Counted from the stretch's first letter, positions 28,925 to 40,415 are shown. The stretch: 64,000 nucleotides of DNA from Eledone cirrhosa (GCA_964016885.1 OZ024740.1:50406001-50470000); one strand, 5' to 3'. Made by a program: numbers and translations. Notes: generated from the letters alone by a model not told the origin.

Positions 28925-29734
28925 CTGCTTAAATCAGAAATCATTTGTGTAATGTATTTTGATCTGGAAAATTCTCTGCACTTAACTTTCATTCACAGTT
29001 GTATAAATAACATTACAAGTTGTTCACAATTCTTTCAGAATGAAAATATAAACACATAATAAATCTAAACTATAATAAAGTAAGGAGCGCGGGACTGTGT
29101 ACGGTTTATAGTTTTTTATCCCATTAGTAAAATAAGTTGGATTACTTTGAATAAATAATGAATGAATATTACATAATTTATCTACTAAATTTCGTGGCTG
29201 TTGATTAAATATATTTTGTTTATTTAAAGATTCACTTCTTTAAAATTTCTGAAATGTCAACACTTCCGGTTGGCCATCGCTTAAATAAACATACTAATTT
29301 TCTCCTAATGCAGTTTATATATAATATCGTCTTTTTTAATGTATCATGGACTACGTTACTGATTAAATAAGACAGTGTAACGCAGTCTTCGTTCAATTTT
29401 TATGTATTATATATTGTCAATTACGATTTTATTTTATGTATCATATCTACATGTATATATACCTGCGTATATTATCAATATACACACTACACATGCTAGC
29501 AGAAAACCACCCGAAGGGTGGTTTTTCTGCTAGTATAATTAACTATTGGTAGGAACCTTACAAATACAACACACCAAAATTCTTTCAGGAGGATATATTC
29601 CTTTAATGTTGCAATATTAAAGAAAATATTTTCTTTAAGTTTTATTATATCACAATTTAAAATATGGATATATATCAGAGTGTTTATGATTAAACTAACA
29701 GGTGTGTAGTAATCATTATACTACATAAATAATC

Positions 29735-30250
29735 CAAATATATACATAAATAACATTACAAATGCTTAGGTAACATTATAAATTTTTCTTGCTCGCGATT
29801 CTTTCAGAAGGATAGATTCTTTTAATGTTGCAATATTAAAGAAAATGTAACAACCGAGCCAACACCAGAGAAAAAGACAGTAGCGTCACGAGGAGTACCG
29901 GACAACCCCTCTAGTGATTTTTGAGGCAAGCCAGCACACTCGCAGCGTTGCCTCGGGTGATGGCGAGGCCAATGCGACCAAAATATAGGATCAAAGCGAG
30001 AGAGAAACAAAGAAGAGGAAACAAAAACAACCATCAATTCACCACCTCGTGCGACATCGGTCGCACATCACAAGGCTCAGCGGAATTTTTTACAGCATTA
30101 CCACGAGTGATGGCGAAGCTAAGGTGCTGAAACAGCCAGGCACCCTCACGGGCATCATCCGACACATTGGTAAGGCGAGCCGCGAACGATGACAAGAAGT
30201 TCGCCGTCAGCGACCTAACTCCACCAAACGTTTTGAACACCACGGAAACA
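29735..30250 (-). mobile_element. Second, shorter CRE-like 3' fragment
   Basis: FKTFGGV...AWLFQHLSFAITRGN; 3'UTR segments shared with 35520-35762. Confidence 0.82.
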
Positions 30251-31280
30251 ATTTCATTTCATCTATCATTTCACACTATCTGATATGGATAATTTTCAGC
30301 GTCCCTCAAACAAACAAAACTCTGGTTCGGCTATTATTATTTTTATTTATTTATTATTATTATTTTTTAACAGAGAAACGCAAAAAATCTTGGCGCAATC
30401 ACATTTCGTTCTTAAGAACAAACTAAGAAAACCAAAATGTGTACACACCACTATATGTGCTACGGTCCTCACTACAGCAACAACCAATAACAACATCCAA
30501 AATAATATACCGAATTGTATGTGAGTGAAATTTGGTAGACAGAAGGCTGTATATATGGATTTAACATGATGCATTTTAAACATTACAGCTATCTTTAAAT
30601 ACTTTTAATATATATATGTGTATATGTGCGTCCGTATCTGTGTTCATATTTACAGATGGTGGTGACGATAATGTTTACATCCCGTAACATAGCGGTTCAA
30701 TAAAAATGATCGATAAAATAAGTATCAGAATTCGAAAAATAAGTATTGGAGTCGATATGATCGATCAACTCCCTTTATAGCAGTACCCCAGCCTTGCTGC
30801 CGTCAAATGAATGAAAACAGTAAAAGAAAAAATCGCATTCACAACATGACATATATTTCAGTAGTTAGAATACTGGACAGCAAACTTGTAGATTAGCAGC
30901 GAATAGTACTGTATCTATTTACAACGAGTAGTAGAGTAACTATATATGCAAGAGTAGTACTGTAAAATCAGTCTTAGAAGTATAGACATCGTTCATTATC
31001 AAATATATACATCTTTTTTTTAGTTCACAATTATAACCCTACCCTATATAAACTATTTTATAATTAACCATATGTATATAGTGTATAATATATAATATTT
31101 TCTTACACGAAAAACAGTTTAATGTTGTGTGATATTAAAACATGTAATAATTTATTTTGTAAAGTGGATGTGTGTGTGTGTGTGTGTGTGTAAAAGGCAA
31201 ACGGAAATAACAAAGCAAACGATACAGTACAATGAAGAAATGTATTATTATTTTTACGCTTGATATAGTAGGAAAAGAGT

Positions 31281-31315
31281 CTTTATGTTTCGGACGCTAG
31301 TCCTTCATCAGAAAA
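31281..31315 (-). ncRNA. Degenerate minimal hammerhead core (Penelope-like relic)
   Basis: Minus strand CTGATGA-A-GGAC-TAGC-GTCC-GAAAC-ATA; perfect stem II, weak stems I and III. Confidence 0.5.
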
Positions 31316-31567
31316 TAGAATGAGAAATTAAAGAAGAGATAGAAAGATAGAGGAGATTGGTCAGTGGTAGAAACGAATAAAACTTCCTTTGAGTAAAATA
31401 CAGGTTTATTCATGTCGCAATCGCTTGGAAAACTGTTGATGCTGGCGTTGTTGCGTTAGTTGATCTTGTTTTAAAAGGCAATCATCGAATGCGTCTAGCT
31501 GAAAAGAAAACAAGGTCGTTTTGTATATAGAGCGTATGCGTGTGTTTGTAAGTAGGAAGCTGTGAGG

Positions 31568-31600
<33 letters not shown>

Positions 31601-31636
31601 CGTGTGTGTTAATATATTTTTATATTTATATATATA

Positions 31637-33579
31637 TATAACGAAGATACTGGGTTGTATGGATGTAACAAAACGAGACATGGTTTATGTGTATAATATT
31701 TAATCAAGCATTTAACAGTATGGTTGACATGTCAAAGTAATAGATGATAGAATGAAGCAAAGTTAGTAGTTACCGTTTTGATTGCCAGGCAAACGCGGCT
31801 GGCAGAAGACGCCTGGCGAAAGCCAGGCGCCGGAAGGGCAAATGAGAGAGAGAGAGCCGAAAGCTATTCATTTTATAGGGCTCTGACCGGAAGTTACAGA
31901 AAGGGTTCTACTTCCCGTCTAGATGTTAATCTATTGGGGGTCACAACAAGGGAGACAACCGCTACATAACCTCCCGCCAGAATTTTAGGATATAAAAATC
32001 GAATGAAAATATGTAGCAAGTTGGCGAGAATGTTGTAACAGGCATGAAAATTACGACAAAAGAATGTTTGCAAAAATCAATGATAGATATCAAGGTAGCC
32101 AACCGCTCTTGGCCAGAGAACCACTGGACATCTATCTATCCATCACCCAAAGATACAATGTAATAAAGTAAGAGAAGGGCTCAAAGTTCAAATGTACAAA
32201 ATATAGTTCACAGGTGTGCAATCACATGACAGCAGGAAAGAAAGTGTGTTCCAGAGAATGAATGCAGGTGGTTTCTGTTCTGTGGTATATCGTGAAATTT
32301 CCAACCTCCGAATGGATTTTCTCACAGGAAGAGTGCTGCAAAAATAAATTCTCTGGCTTTGGTTGTTGGTGAAGCTGTGTTGATGTTGTTGTCTCGCTGA
32401 GTGAGCGTATTCGGTGTTTAAATTCACAGTAAAAAAAAAAGAAATTTTTTCAGAAAAATTCAGTTGCGCAAAGTGCTAGAAATAGCAGCCGAAGTTGATG
32501 GTCGATGTTGAGAATGCGTTGACCTGGAAGGGTCAAGAGGCCAGCGACCAAAGAAATAAGCATTCTGAATAAATGCGCAGTTTTCAACGGCAAATTTACG
32601 TGGTAAATTTTTAAACCGGCAAATAGGAGAATATAGCTTAAGGCTGAAGAATCCTTGGCGAGAAACGTTATCTCTGGCGTGCGGCTATCTCTGTGAGTCT
32701 AGAATTTGTGCTGCCTGCACGTGCCAATACAAGGTGGTTAGGTTGAAAAAATAATATTTCTAACGCGCGAGAAAATGATAGTGCAAGTGTGAAAGTGACA
32801 ATGATGAAAAAGAAAGGCTTCACTCAGCATAATTATTGGTGTGAACTTTGGAAAAAAAACTTGAACGATGAAGAAAACGATGAAAAAAAAAAGGCAATGG
32901 TTCATCGAAAATAAATGTTCCTGTTGAAATGTTTTTTAAAAAATATCAAATTTCTTTTTTTTTTTTTTTGTGTTTTGAAAGTGTTCGTTGTAAGAAACGA
33001 GAAACATGTATATATATCGTGAAATGCGACAGTTAGTTGATGCGCGAGAGAAAAAGTCTGTCTGTGCGAAAATTTCACATGTGCGTGTGTCCGTTTCTTT
33101 GACTGAGTATTTTCATAGTTTGTCAATAAATTTGCTGTGTATTCGTAATGTTACTCACACAACTCCAGAATCTGCTATTTTTTTCTTTTTTCGGGGTGAC
33201 CACTTATAGCGATGAACGGCTGCGTGTTCGTATCACGTCAGGGTCACCAATATAGCGAAGATACTGGGTTGTATGAATGTAACAAAACGAGACATGGTTT
33301 GTGTGTATAATATTTAATCAAGCATTTAACAGTATGGTTGACATGTCAAAGTAATAGATGATAGAATGAAGCAAAGTTAGTAGTTACCGTTTTGATTGCC
33401 AGGCAAACGCGGCTGGCAGAAGACGCCTGGCGAAAGCCAGGCGCCGGAAGGGCAAATGAGAGAGAGAGAGCCGAAAGCTATTCATTTTATAGGGCTCTGA
33501 CCGGAAGTTACAGAAAGGGTTCTACTTCCCGTCTAGATGTTAATCTATTGGGGTCACAACAAGTGAGACAACCGCTACA
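31637..33579 (-). mobile_element. Non-autonomous LTR retrotransposon (TRIM/LARD-like), tRNA-Trp primed, inserted in (TA)n
   Basis: 330/329 bp LTRs (31637-31966, 33251-33579) differing at 5 positions; termini TATAGCG...CGCTACA; PBS TGGTGACCCTGACGTGAT next to the right LTR; PPT GGCGGGAGG next to the left LTR; 1.28 kb interior with no recognisable ORF. Confidence 0.93.
33218..33249 (+). other. Extended PBS: 3' 32 nt of mature tRNA-Trp including CCA
   Basis: GGCTGCGTGTTCGTATCACGTCAGGGTCACCA versus metazoan tRNA-Trp 3' end GGCTGCGTGTTCGAATCACGTCGGGGTCACCA (recalled, 30/32). Confidence 0.88.
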
Positions 33580-33795
33580 TATATATATATTACTCTTTTA
33601 CCTTTTCCAGCCATCCGGCTGAGGCTATATATATATATAGCAAAATACCTGTTGATAACGTGATATTCATTGTTCGATCATTATACCAAAAGCTTATAGT
33701 TTTAAGCAGACAGTATTATTGATTTAGGTGTCATAGAAACCCTGCATTTGGATTTTACCATCAATTCCAATGGGTCCAGGTCGGTTATATGTGTG

Positions 33796-33826
<31 letters not shown>

Positions 33827-34088
33827 GATTTTATCATTTATTTTGTTTGACCTGTTTAGCTTGGCTTAGGTGGTTAATGCCTTCTTGACCACTTTTTCAG
33901 TTTTGTATGTCGTTTTAACATATATGTTTAGCTCTGGTTTTTTAACTATCGAGCGCTTGCCAGTATAGCTCTGATTTTGTGTTTCGTTTCGCTTTTTCTA
34001 CCCGCCGAAATGCGATTCTCGTTGAATATATATATATATATATATACAATATTAAATAAATGGAAAACTATATTTATAAAACCATATT

Positions 34089-34154
34089 TATTTCATTATA
34101 TATATTTCGGGGATATCATATTAACAATATGCTATGCCTTCATCAGACAAAATA
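34089..34154 (-). ncRNA. Type I minimal hammerhead ribozyme (mirror copy)
   Basis: Exact inverted copy of 34307-34372. Confidence 0.72.
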
Positions 34155-34306
34155 CAATATAAACAGTTTTATAGATAAATAGATTCGACATACCGTTATA
34201 ACACCGACTTCATTTGAAGAGGTTTCTGCCAGCTTAAACCTCTTCAAATGAAGTCGGTGTTATAACGGTATGTCGAATCTATTTATCTATAAAACTGTTT
34301 ATATTG

Positions 34307-34372
34307 TATTTTGTCTGATGAAGGCATAGCATATTGTTAATATGATATCCCCGAAATATATATAATGAAATA
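34307..34372 (+). ncRNA. Type I minimal hammerhead ribozyme
   Basis: Stem I TATTTTGT/ATGAAATA, core CTGATGA(+A), stem II GGCATAGCATATT-GTT-AATATGATATCCCC, GAAA, palindromic stem III ATATATAT, AUA cleavage triplet ending at 34364. Confidence 0.72.
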
Positions 34373-34503
34373 AATATGGTTTTATAAATATAGTTTTCCA
34401 TTTATTTAATATTGTAAATATACTCCAAATATTTGTCGAGTGCTTTTATATCAGTTATAAATATTTACTAGTTGTAACCCAACAATTTTAAATATAACTT
34501 TCC

Positions 34504-34990
<487 letters not shown>

Positions 34991-34994
34991 GTGG

Positions 34995-35782
34995 TAGATC
35001 CCTCGACTCCACAGTCCTACATGGTTTGTCCTACCGCCTGAATGCTGGTCGTTTCGTCCACCATACCAAGCTAAACATGATCATTAAATGGGCCCTAGCT
35101 CGGGTAAATATTCCTTCAGTTCTGGAGCCGGCTGGATTAAACAAAAGTGATGAGAAGAGACCAGACGGTCTTACCCTTTGTCCCTGGGTAAGAGGTAGGT
35201 GTCTCATCTGGGACGCCACAGTCAGCGACTCTTTTGCTCCCTCTCACATCATGGATGCCGCAGTAAATGTGAAGGTCACTGCTTCCGCTGGTGAACGGAA
35301 TAAAATCTGGAAATATCGGGATCTATCTAACAATTATTTTTTCCAGCCTGTGACGTTCGAGACGTTTGGTGGAGTTGGGCCGCTGACAGCGAAGTTCTTG
35401 TCATCACTGGCGGCTCACCTTACCAAGGTGTCGGATAATGCCCGTGAGGATGCCTGGTTATTTCAGCACCTTAGCCTCGCCACCACCCGTGGTAATACTG
35501 AGAGTGTATTTGCTTGACTCAAAATATTCCATTGACCCTTGTGATGTGCGGCCGATTGTCGCACTTGGTGGTGAATTCATTTTGTTTTTGTTTCTCCTCC
35601 TTTTTTTCTTTCTCTCGCTCTGGTCATATATTTTGGTGCATTGTATTTGTGAGGTTCCTAGCAATAGTTAACCGTATTTATTTTATATATATTTATATTT
35701 GTGTTTATATGTTCATTCTAAAAGAATTGTGAGCAATTTGCAATGTTATTTATGTATATATTTAAAGCTTAAAAAAAAAAAA
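34995..35782 (+). mobile_element. 3' end of CRE-like non-LTR retrotransposon (restriction-like endonuclease) with poly-A
   Basis: ORF 35026-35517: H..LN, EP.GL, KRPDGLT, WDATV, E.NK.WKY, FETFG and QHLSLA..RGN motifs; A-run at 35771-35782. Confidence 0.85.
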
Positions 35783-36472
35783 TGATTTGCCTGTATAGAC
35801 TCAACCTAGCACTATGTCCCAAGCGCAAAAATTATTACATTCACGAGCTATTGATATCAATTGATCAAAGCTATAACCACAGCAACAGTAACAACAACAT
35901 CTGTGGCAATAGCAACAAGTTATATAGCAATAACAACAATAACATTTGTGGCGAAAACACACTCAATGAGGTTTTACACTTCAGAAAGAACAAATATAAA
36001 TACAGGCTGTCATGTTTTTTTCTTTCGCCTGTTCTGTCTCTGAGTCTCTGAAGTGCAAAACCTCGTTGTCCTAGTGGAGAGAATTGCAAACCACTTGAAT
36101 TACATTTTACTTAAATCAGATCAATTTAAAAATCAAAGAGAGATAAATCTTAAAACATACATAAGTCCTGTATGAATTATTTCCCTTTGGTCGTTATTCG
36201 AATTGGTATTAACAGGTTTATATTTTGTAGCTCTACTAAAAGTGAAAGAAAAAATGTGACAGCCTGTATATATATTTGTTTTGTCTCTGAGTCTCTGAAG
36301 TGCAAAACGTCGTTGTTCTAGTAGAGAGAATTGCTAACTGCTTGAATTACATTTTAGTTAAATCAGATTGATATAAACATTGAAGGGAAATAAATCTGAA
36401 AACATACATAAGACCTGTATGAATTATTTCCCTTTAATCGTTACTCTAATTAGCTGTGACAAGTTTTATATA

Positions 36473-36802
36473 CAGTTGTCCCCCAGTATTCGCCAGAGTT
36501 ACGTTCCCAGAGCACCTGCAAAGAGTGAAAAACCGCCAATATTGGACGTGGTTCATAAAAATGCCTATAAACGTTAAAACATACCGTAAAATATAGGCCA
36601 GCAAATACGGTATACTGTTATTAATAATTTAGCGCTAAAAAGCATGAAAATATATATATATTACCACAAAAAAAAACATTAAAAAATCGTGGAAGATATT
36701 TACGATTCCGCGAATATGCAGTGGTTTCCACAAACAATTATTAGTTATGTTCTAAGGAAAATTCCGCGAATAACCGGAATTGCGAACGCCGAGGGTACAC
36801 TA
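36473..36802. mobile_element. pogo/Tigger-like MITE
   Basis: TA|CAGTTGTCCCCCAGTATTCGC ... GCGAACGCCGAGGGTACACTA|TA imperfect TIRs. Confidence 0.6.
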
Positions 36803-36854
36803 TATATATATATATATATATATGAATCTTCGATAATTTTGTTTGTATATATAT

Positions 36855-36856
<2 letters not shown>

Positions 36857-36890
<34 letters not shown>

Positions 36891-38897
36891 GTTTAACGTC
36901 CATTTTCCACGCTAGCATGGGTTAGACGGGAGTTGGCCCAAATTTGAGTCAAGGTTGGTCGGGTGACCGTGTCTCGCTCATATAGAACTATCTGGCAGGT
37001 TTTCTACGGCTGGATGCCCTTCCTAACACCAACCACATTTACAGTGTGGAACTGGGAACTTTTTACCGTGTTACCTACACGGCCACATTACAGCGTGGAG
37101 TGTGTGTTTTTTTGTTGTGACACCTACACAATCTCGATCTCATTATCTCATTTATTTGGACTGGATGTTGTGGTACCAGCTTTACAGAGAGAGGGTGGTG
37201 TTGGTGGGAGTGGGAGGATAAGGTAGGGGTAGTGGATTGTGGTGTATATTTGGTTAAGAGGTGCCTACTGACTGTTGGTTTCGCTTTGTACATAGGCAAG
37301 GCGGGTCTTCTGTATTACTGCATAGCGCCAAAGATCTCGATCCAGTGACATTGTCTTAGAGAGGTGCAAGTGTGTAAGGTCAGAATTTATTAGATCGTCC
37401 CAGGTTTTTCTGGGTCTACCTACTCGGTAACTACCATCAATTTTGATCGCCCTGCACTTTTTTATACAGCTGTCGTCTTTCATGCGCATCACGTGGCCAT
37501 ACCAACGTAGTCTTCTCTCATGTAAACAGCATCTAATACCTCTTATTCCTAATTTCTCACTTAGTTCATTTATGCTTTGCCGTTCACGTATATTACTATT
37601 ACACATCCAACGGAGCATGCATGCTTCGTTCCTTTCCAGTCTGCGCAGGTCCTCTGCACGTAATGCCCATGTCTCACTGCCATGTAGCATTGCTGTTCGT
37701 ATACAAGCATCATACAATCTGCCTTTCATTTTTAGAGAGAAACCTTTTGTGGCCAACAGCGGTATAAGCTCTCTGAACTTTTTCCATCCCGTTCTGACAC
37801 TGGCTACTGTACTTCCTGAGCACCCTCCACCACTGCTGATTTCATCACCCAGGTAACGGAAAGTGTCCACTATTACTATAGAACCATCTGTGCAATAGAA
37901 GGAGCTAGTATCTTGTGGACACTTGCTACTTATTGCACCTGAGCATCGGCCACATATAAAGTCTACATTGTTAGATAGTTTACCTGTGATCCCACTACAT
38001 CTTTTATGTACCCATACTTTGCATTTGGGACATAAAATGGAATTTCTGCCTACTCCTTTCCTACACACTGAGCATGGCCATTTCCCTGAGGGCACCTGTG
38101 CCCTATTTTCCTTTCTACAAACTATAACTTTAGTCTTAGACAAGTTAACTTTAAGGCCTTTTGATTCTAGGCCATGCTTCCATGTTTCGAATTTCTTCTC
38201 TAGTTCAGCCATTAATTCAGCTATGAGCGTTAGATCATCTGCGTTCCCATGGGCAGCCGGTCTTGAACTCCTCTGTTATAGCCTGAAGGGCAATAATAAA
38301 TAGGAGGGGGCTAAGGACAGAGCCTTGATGAACGCCAACTTTTACACTAAATTCTTCACAATATTCATTGTTAATTCTAACTTTACTGACTGTTTCATTA
38401 TACATAGCTTGTATAGCTCTCACAAGCCATTCATCTACACCTAGTTTTCTAAGAGCCCACCAGATAATGGAGCGGGGGACTCTGTCAAAGGCTTTCTCCA
38501 GGTCTACAAAAGCTAAGTATAGGGGTTTACTTTTAGCTAGGTACTTCTCTTGTAGTTGTCGTACAATGAAAAGAGCGTCTGTGATACTTTTGCCTGACAC
38601 AAACCCAAACTGCATTTCATCTATATCAATTCGCTCTCTGATTAGTTGCGCTATAACTCTTTCTGTGACCTTCATGACCTGGTCAACTAACTTAATGCCT
38701 CTATAGTTTTCCCTATCTAGAGCATCCCCTTTACCCTTGTAGCAGTTAATGATGATGCTGCTATGCCAGTCTTTCGGTATGACCCCATTCTGTATTACTT
38801 GGTTAACTATACAGGTGACCGTAGTGTGTCCCACCATTCCAGATGCCTTCAACATCTCAGCAACTATCTCCGAAGGCCCAGCTGCCTTGCCTGTCAT
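36857..38897 (-). mobile_element. 5'-truncated RTE-clade LINE, young subfamily, inserted in (TA)n
   Basis: RT motifs (QFGF, FVDLEKAFD, GVHQGSVLSP, FRYLG, GSETW, LRWYGH) and a PHD-like Cys cluster; an 8-nt deletion at ~38244 destroys YADD; (GAT)n tail. Confidence 0.95.
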
Positions 38898-38953
38898 ATA
38901 TATATATACACACACATAAATATATATATATATACACATGCATACACACACAT

Positions 38954-38986
<33 letters not shown>

Positions 38987-39220
38987 AGCTGACAAAATAG
39001 TGGTTAGTTCTACAGCCAAAGTCCCTAGGGACAACAAACTGGGATAGAATTCTAGTAAAGGCAAAAAACAAAATATATGCATACATAAATATGTATATAT
39101 GTATTTATATATGTATGTATATATATATATATATATATATATAACGAAGGAAATGTGGTAAGGAACCAGGTGGACCATAACGCACCAAAGTACTCAATAC
39201 TTAGGGTAGTAGAGTGGGTA

Positions 39221-39334
39221 ATAGGAACGAGTAGGACCCCGACGGCTGAGCTCAAGCCGTATGGACGGCTAATTCTGGACTCAAGAATTAGCTGTCGAAA
39301 CGGCTTGAGCTCAGGCGTCGGGGTCCTACTCGTT

Positions 39335-39339
<5 letters not shown>
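39221..39339. repeat. GC-rich near-perfect 119 bp hairpin with an ~80 bp unpaired tail (39141-39220), within (TA)n
   Basis: ATAGGAACGAGTAGGACCCCGACG...CGTCGGGGTCCTACTCGTTCCTAT with a few internal mismatches. Confidence 0.9.
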
Positions 39340-39374
<35 letters not shown>

Positions 39375-39416
39375 TGCTCTAATTGATTTTTGTTAATTCC
39401 TTCATTGAGCAAAACT

Positions 39417-39452
<36 letters not shown>

Positions 39453-39498
39453 CACACATACACATATATATATTCTTGTGTTTGTATGATATATATAT

Positions 39499-40415
39499 AT
39501 CATCATTATCATCATCATCATCGTTTTTCCATGCTTGCATGAGTTGGATGGGTCCTTCTCAGCACGGCATCTCTCTGCCAGTACTAGCGATTTGAGGTCA
39601 GCTCTCACAACCTCTTCCCAGGTCTTTCTTGGTCTTCCTCAATTGTGGCTTCCTTCCACTGGGATTTGCTAGCATTACTTCATCCGGATGTCATTGTCCA
39701 TGTGCATCACATGTCCAAACCACTGTTGTCTTCTCTCCTGCACACCATCTCGAATTCCTCTTAAACCCAACTTTTCCCTCAACTTGTCCAAGCTCTGTCT
39801 TTCTATTATACTTACATTGCACATGCAACAAAGCTTGGTTGCTTAATTTCTCTTCAGTCTATGCATGTCGTCTGCAGTCACAGCCTATGTTTCACTACCA
39901 TGCAGCATCACACTTTGCACACAGCTGTCCTTTTGTATGCAGGGAGAAACCTTTTGTTATCAACAGTTGGAGTAGCTCTCTAAACTTCTTCTATCCTATC
40001 CTTATTCTAGCTATTATACTCTCAGTGCACCCTCCTCCACTGCTAATTAAGTCACCTAGGTGGCAAAAAATATCAACCATGTCTATGGATTCTTCCTGTG
40101 ACTGGAAAAGGTTTATATTACTGGTACTCTTCCACTTGATTACTCCTGTGCATCTTCTACATGCAAAGTTCGCCCTTCCTGTTAGTCTACTCGTTATCCC
40201 ACTACGTCTTTTGTGTACCCAAGATTTACATTGTGTACATTGTATGGAGTTTATGGATACTCCTTTTCTTTATATTGAGCAGAGCTACTTCTCGCAAGGA
40301 ATCTGGGTATTATCTTCCTTCCTACTCACTAGCACTTTAGTTTTGGCTAAGTTTACTCTCAGACTTTTTGATTCCAAAATCAGTTTCTATAATTGGAATT
40401 TATCTTCTAGTTCTT
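39499..40415 (-). mobile_element. Older RTE-clade LINE 3' fragment
   Basis: Antisense of ORF 39629-40501 reads as the RTE C-terminus (GLRVNLAKTKV-like, FCHLG); (GAT)n tail. Confidence 0.85.

Larger units (their letters stand above)
34045..34416. repeat. Perfect long palindrome (181 bp arms, 10 nt spacer), Penelope-like pLTR fold-back
   Basis: 34045-34225 is the exact reverse complement of 34236-34416; spacer CTGCCAGCTT; an unpaired ~87 bp tail follows on the right; (TA)n on both sides. Confidence 0.95.

Noticed and set aside
31778-31969. Duplicated small ORF MIARQTRLAEDAW (also 33392-33622)
   Set aside because: Antisense reading of the two LTRs from a TTG start; no coding evidence.
32640-32675. 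CTGAAGA...GAAACGTTA hammerhead-like string inside the LTR element
   Set aside because: Stem II is only 2 bp, stem I is marginal, and it is antisense to the element; likely chance.
33218-33249. tRNA-Trp gene
   Set aside because: Only the 3' 32 nt are present, with encoded CCA, adjoining an LTR; this is a PBS, not a gene.
31637-33579. Retrozyme (hammerhead-bearing non-autonomous LTR element)
   Set aside because: The size fits roughly, but I found no CUGANGA...GAAA core in the LTRs on either strand.
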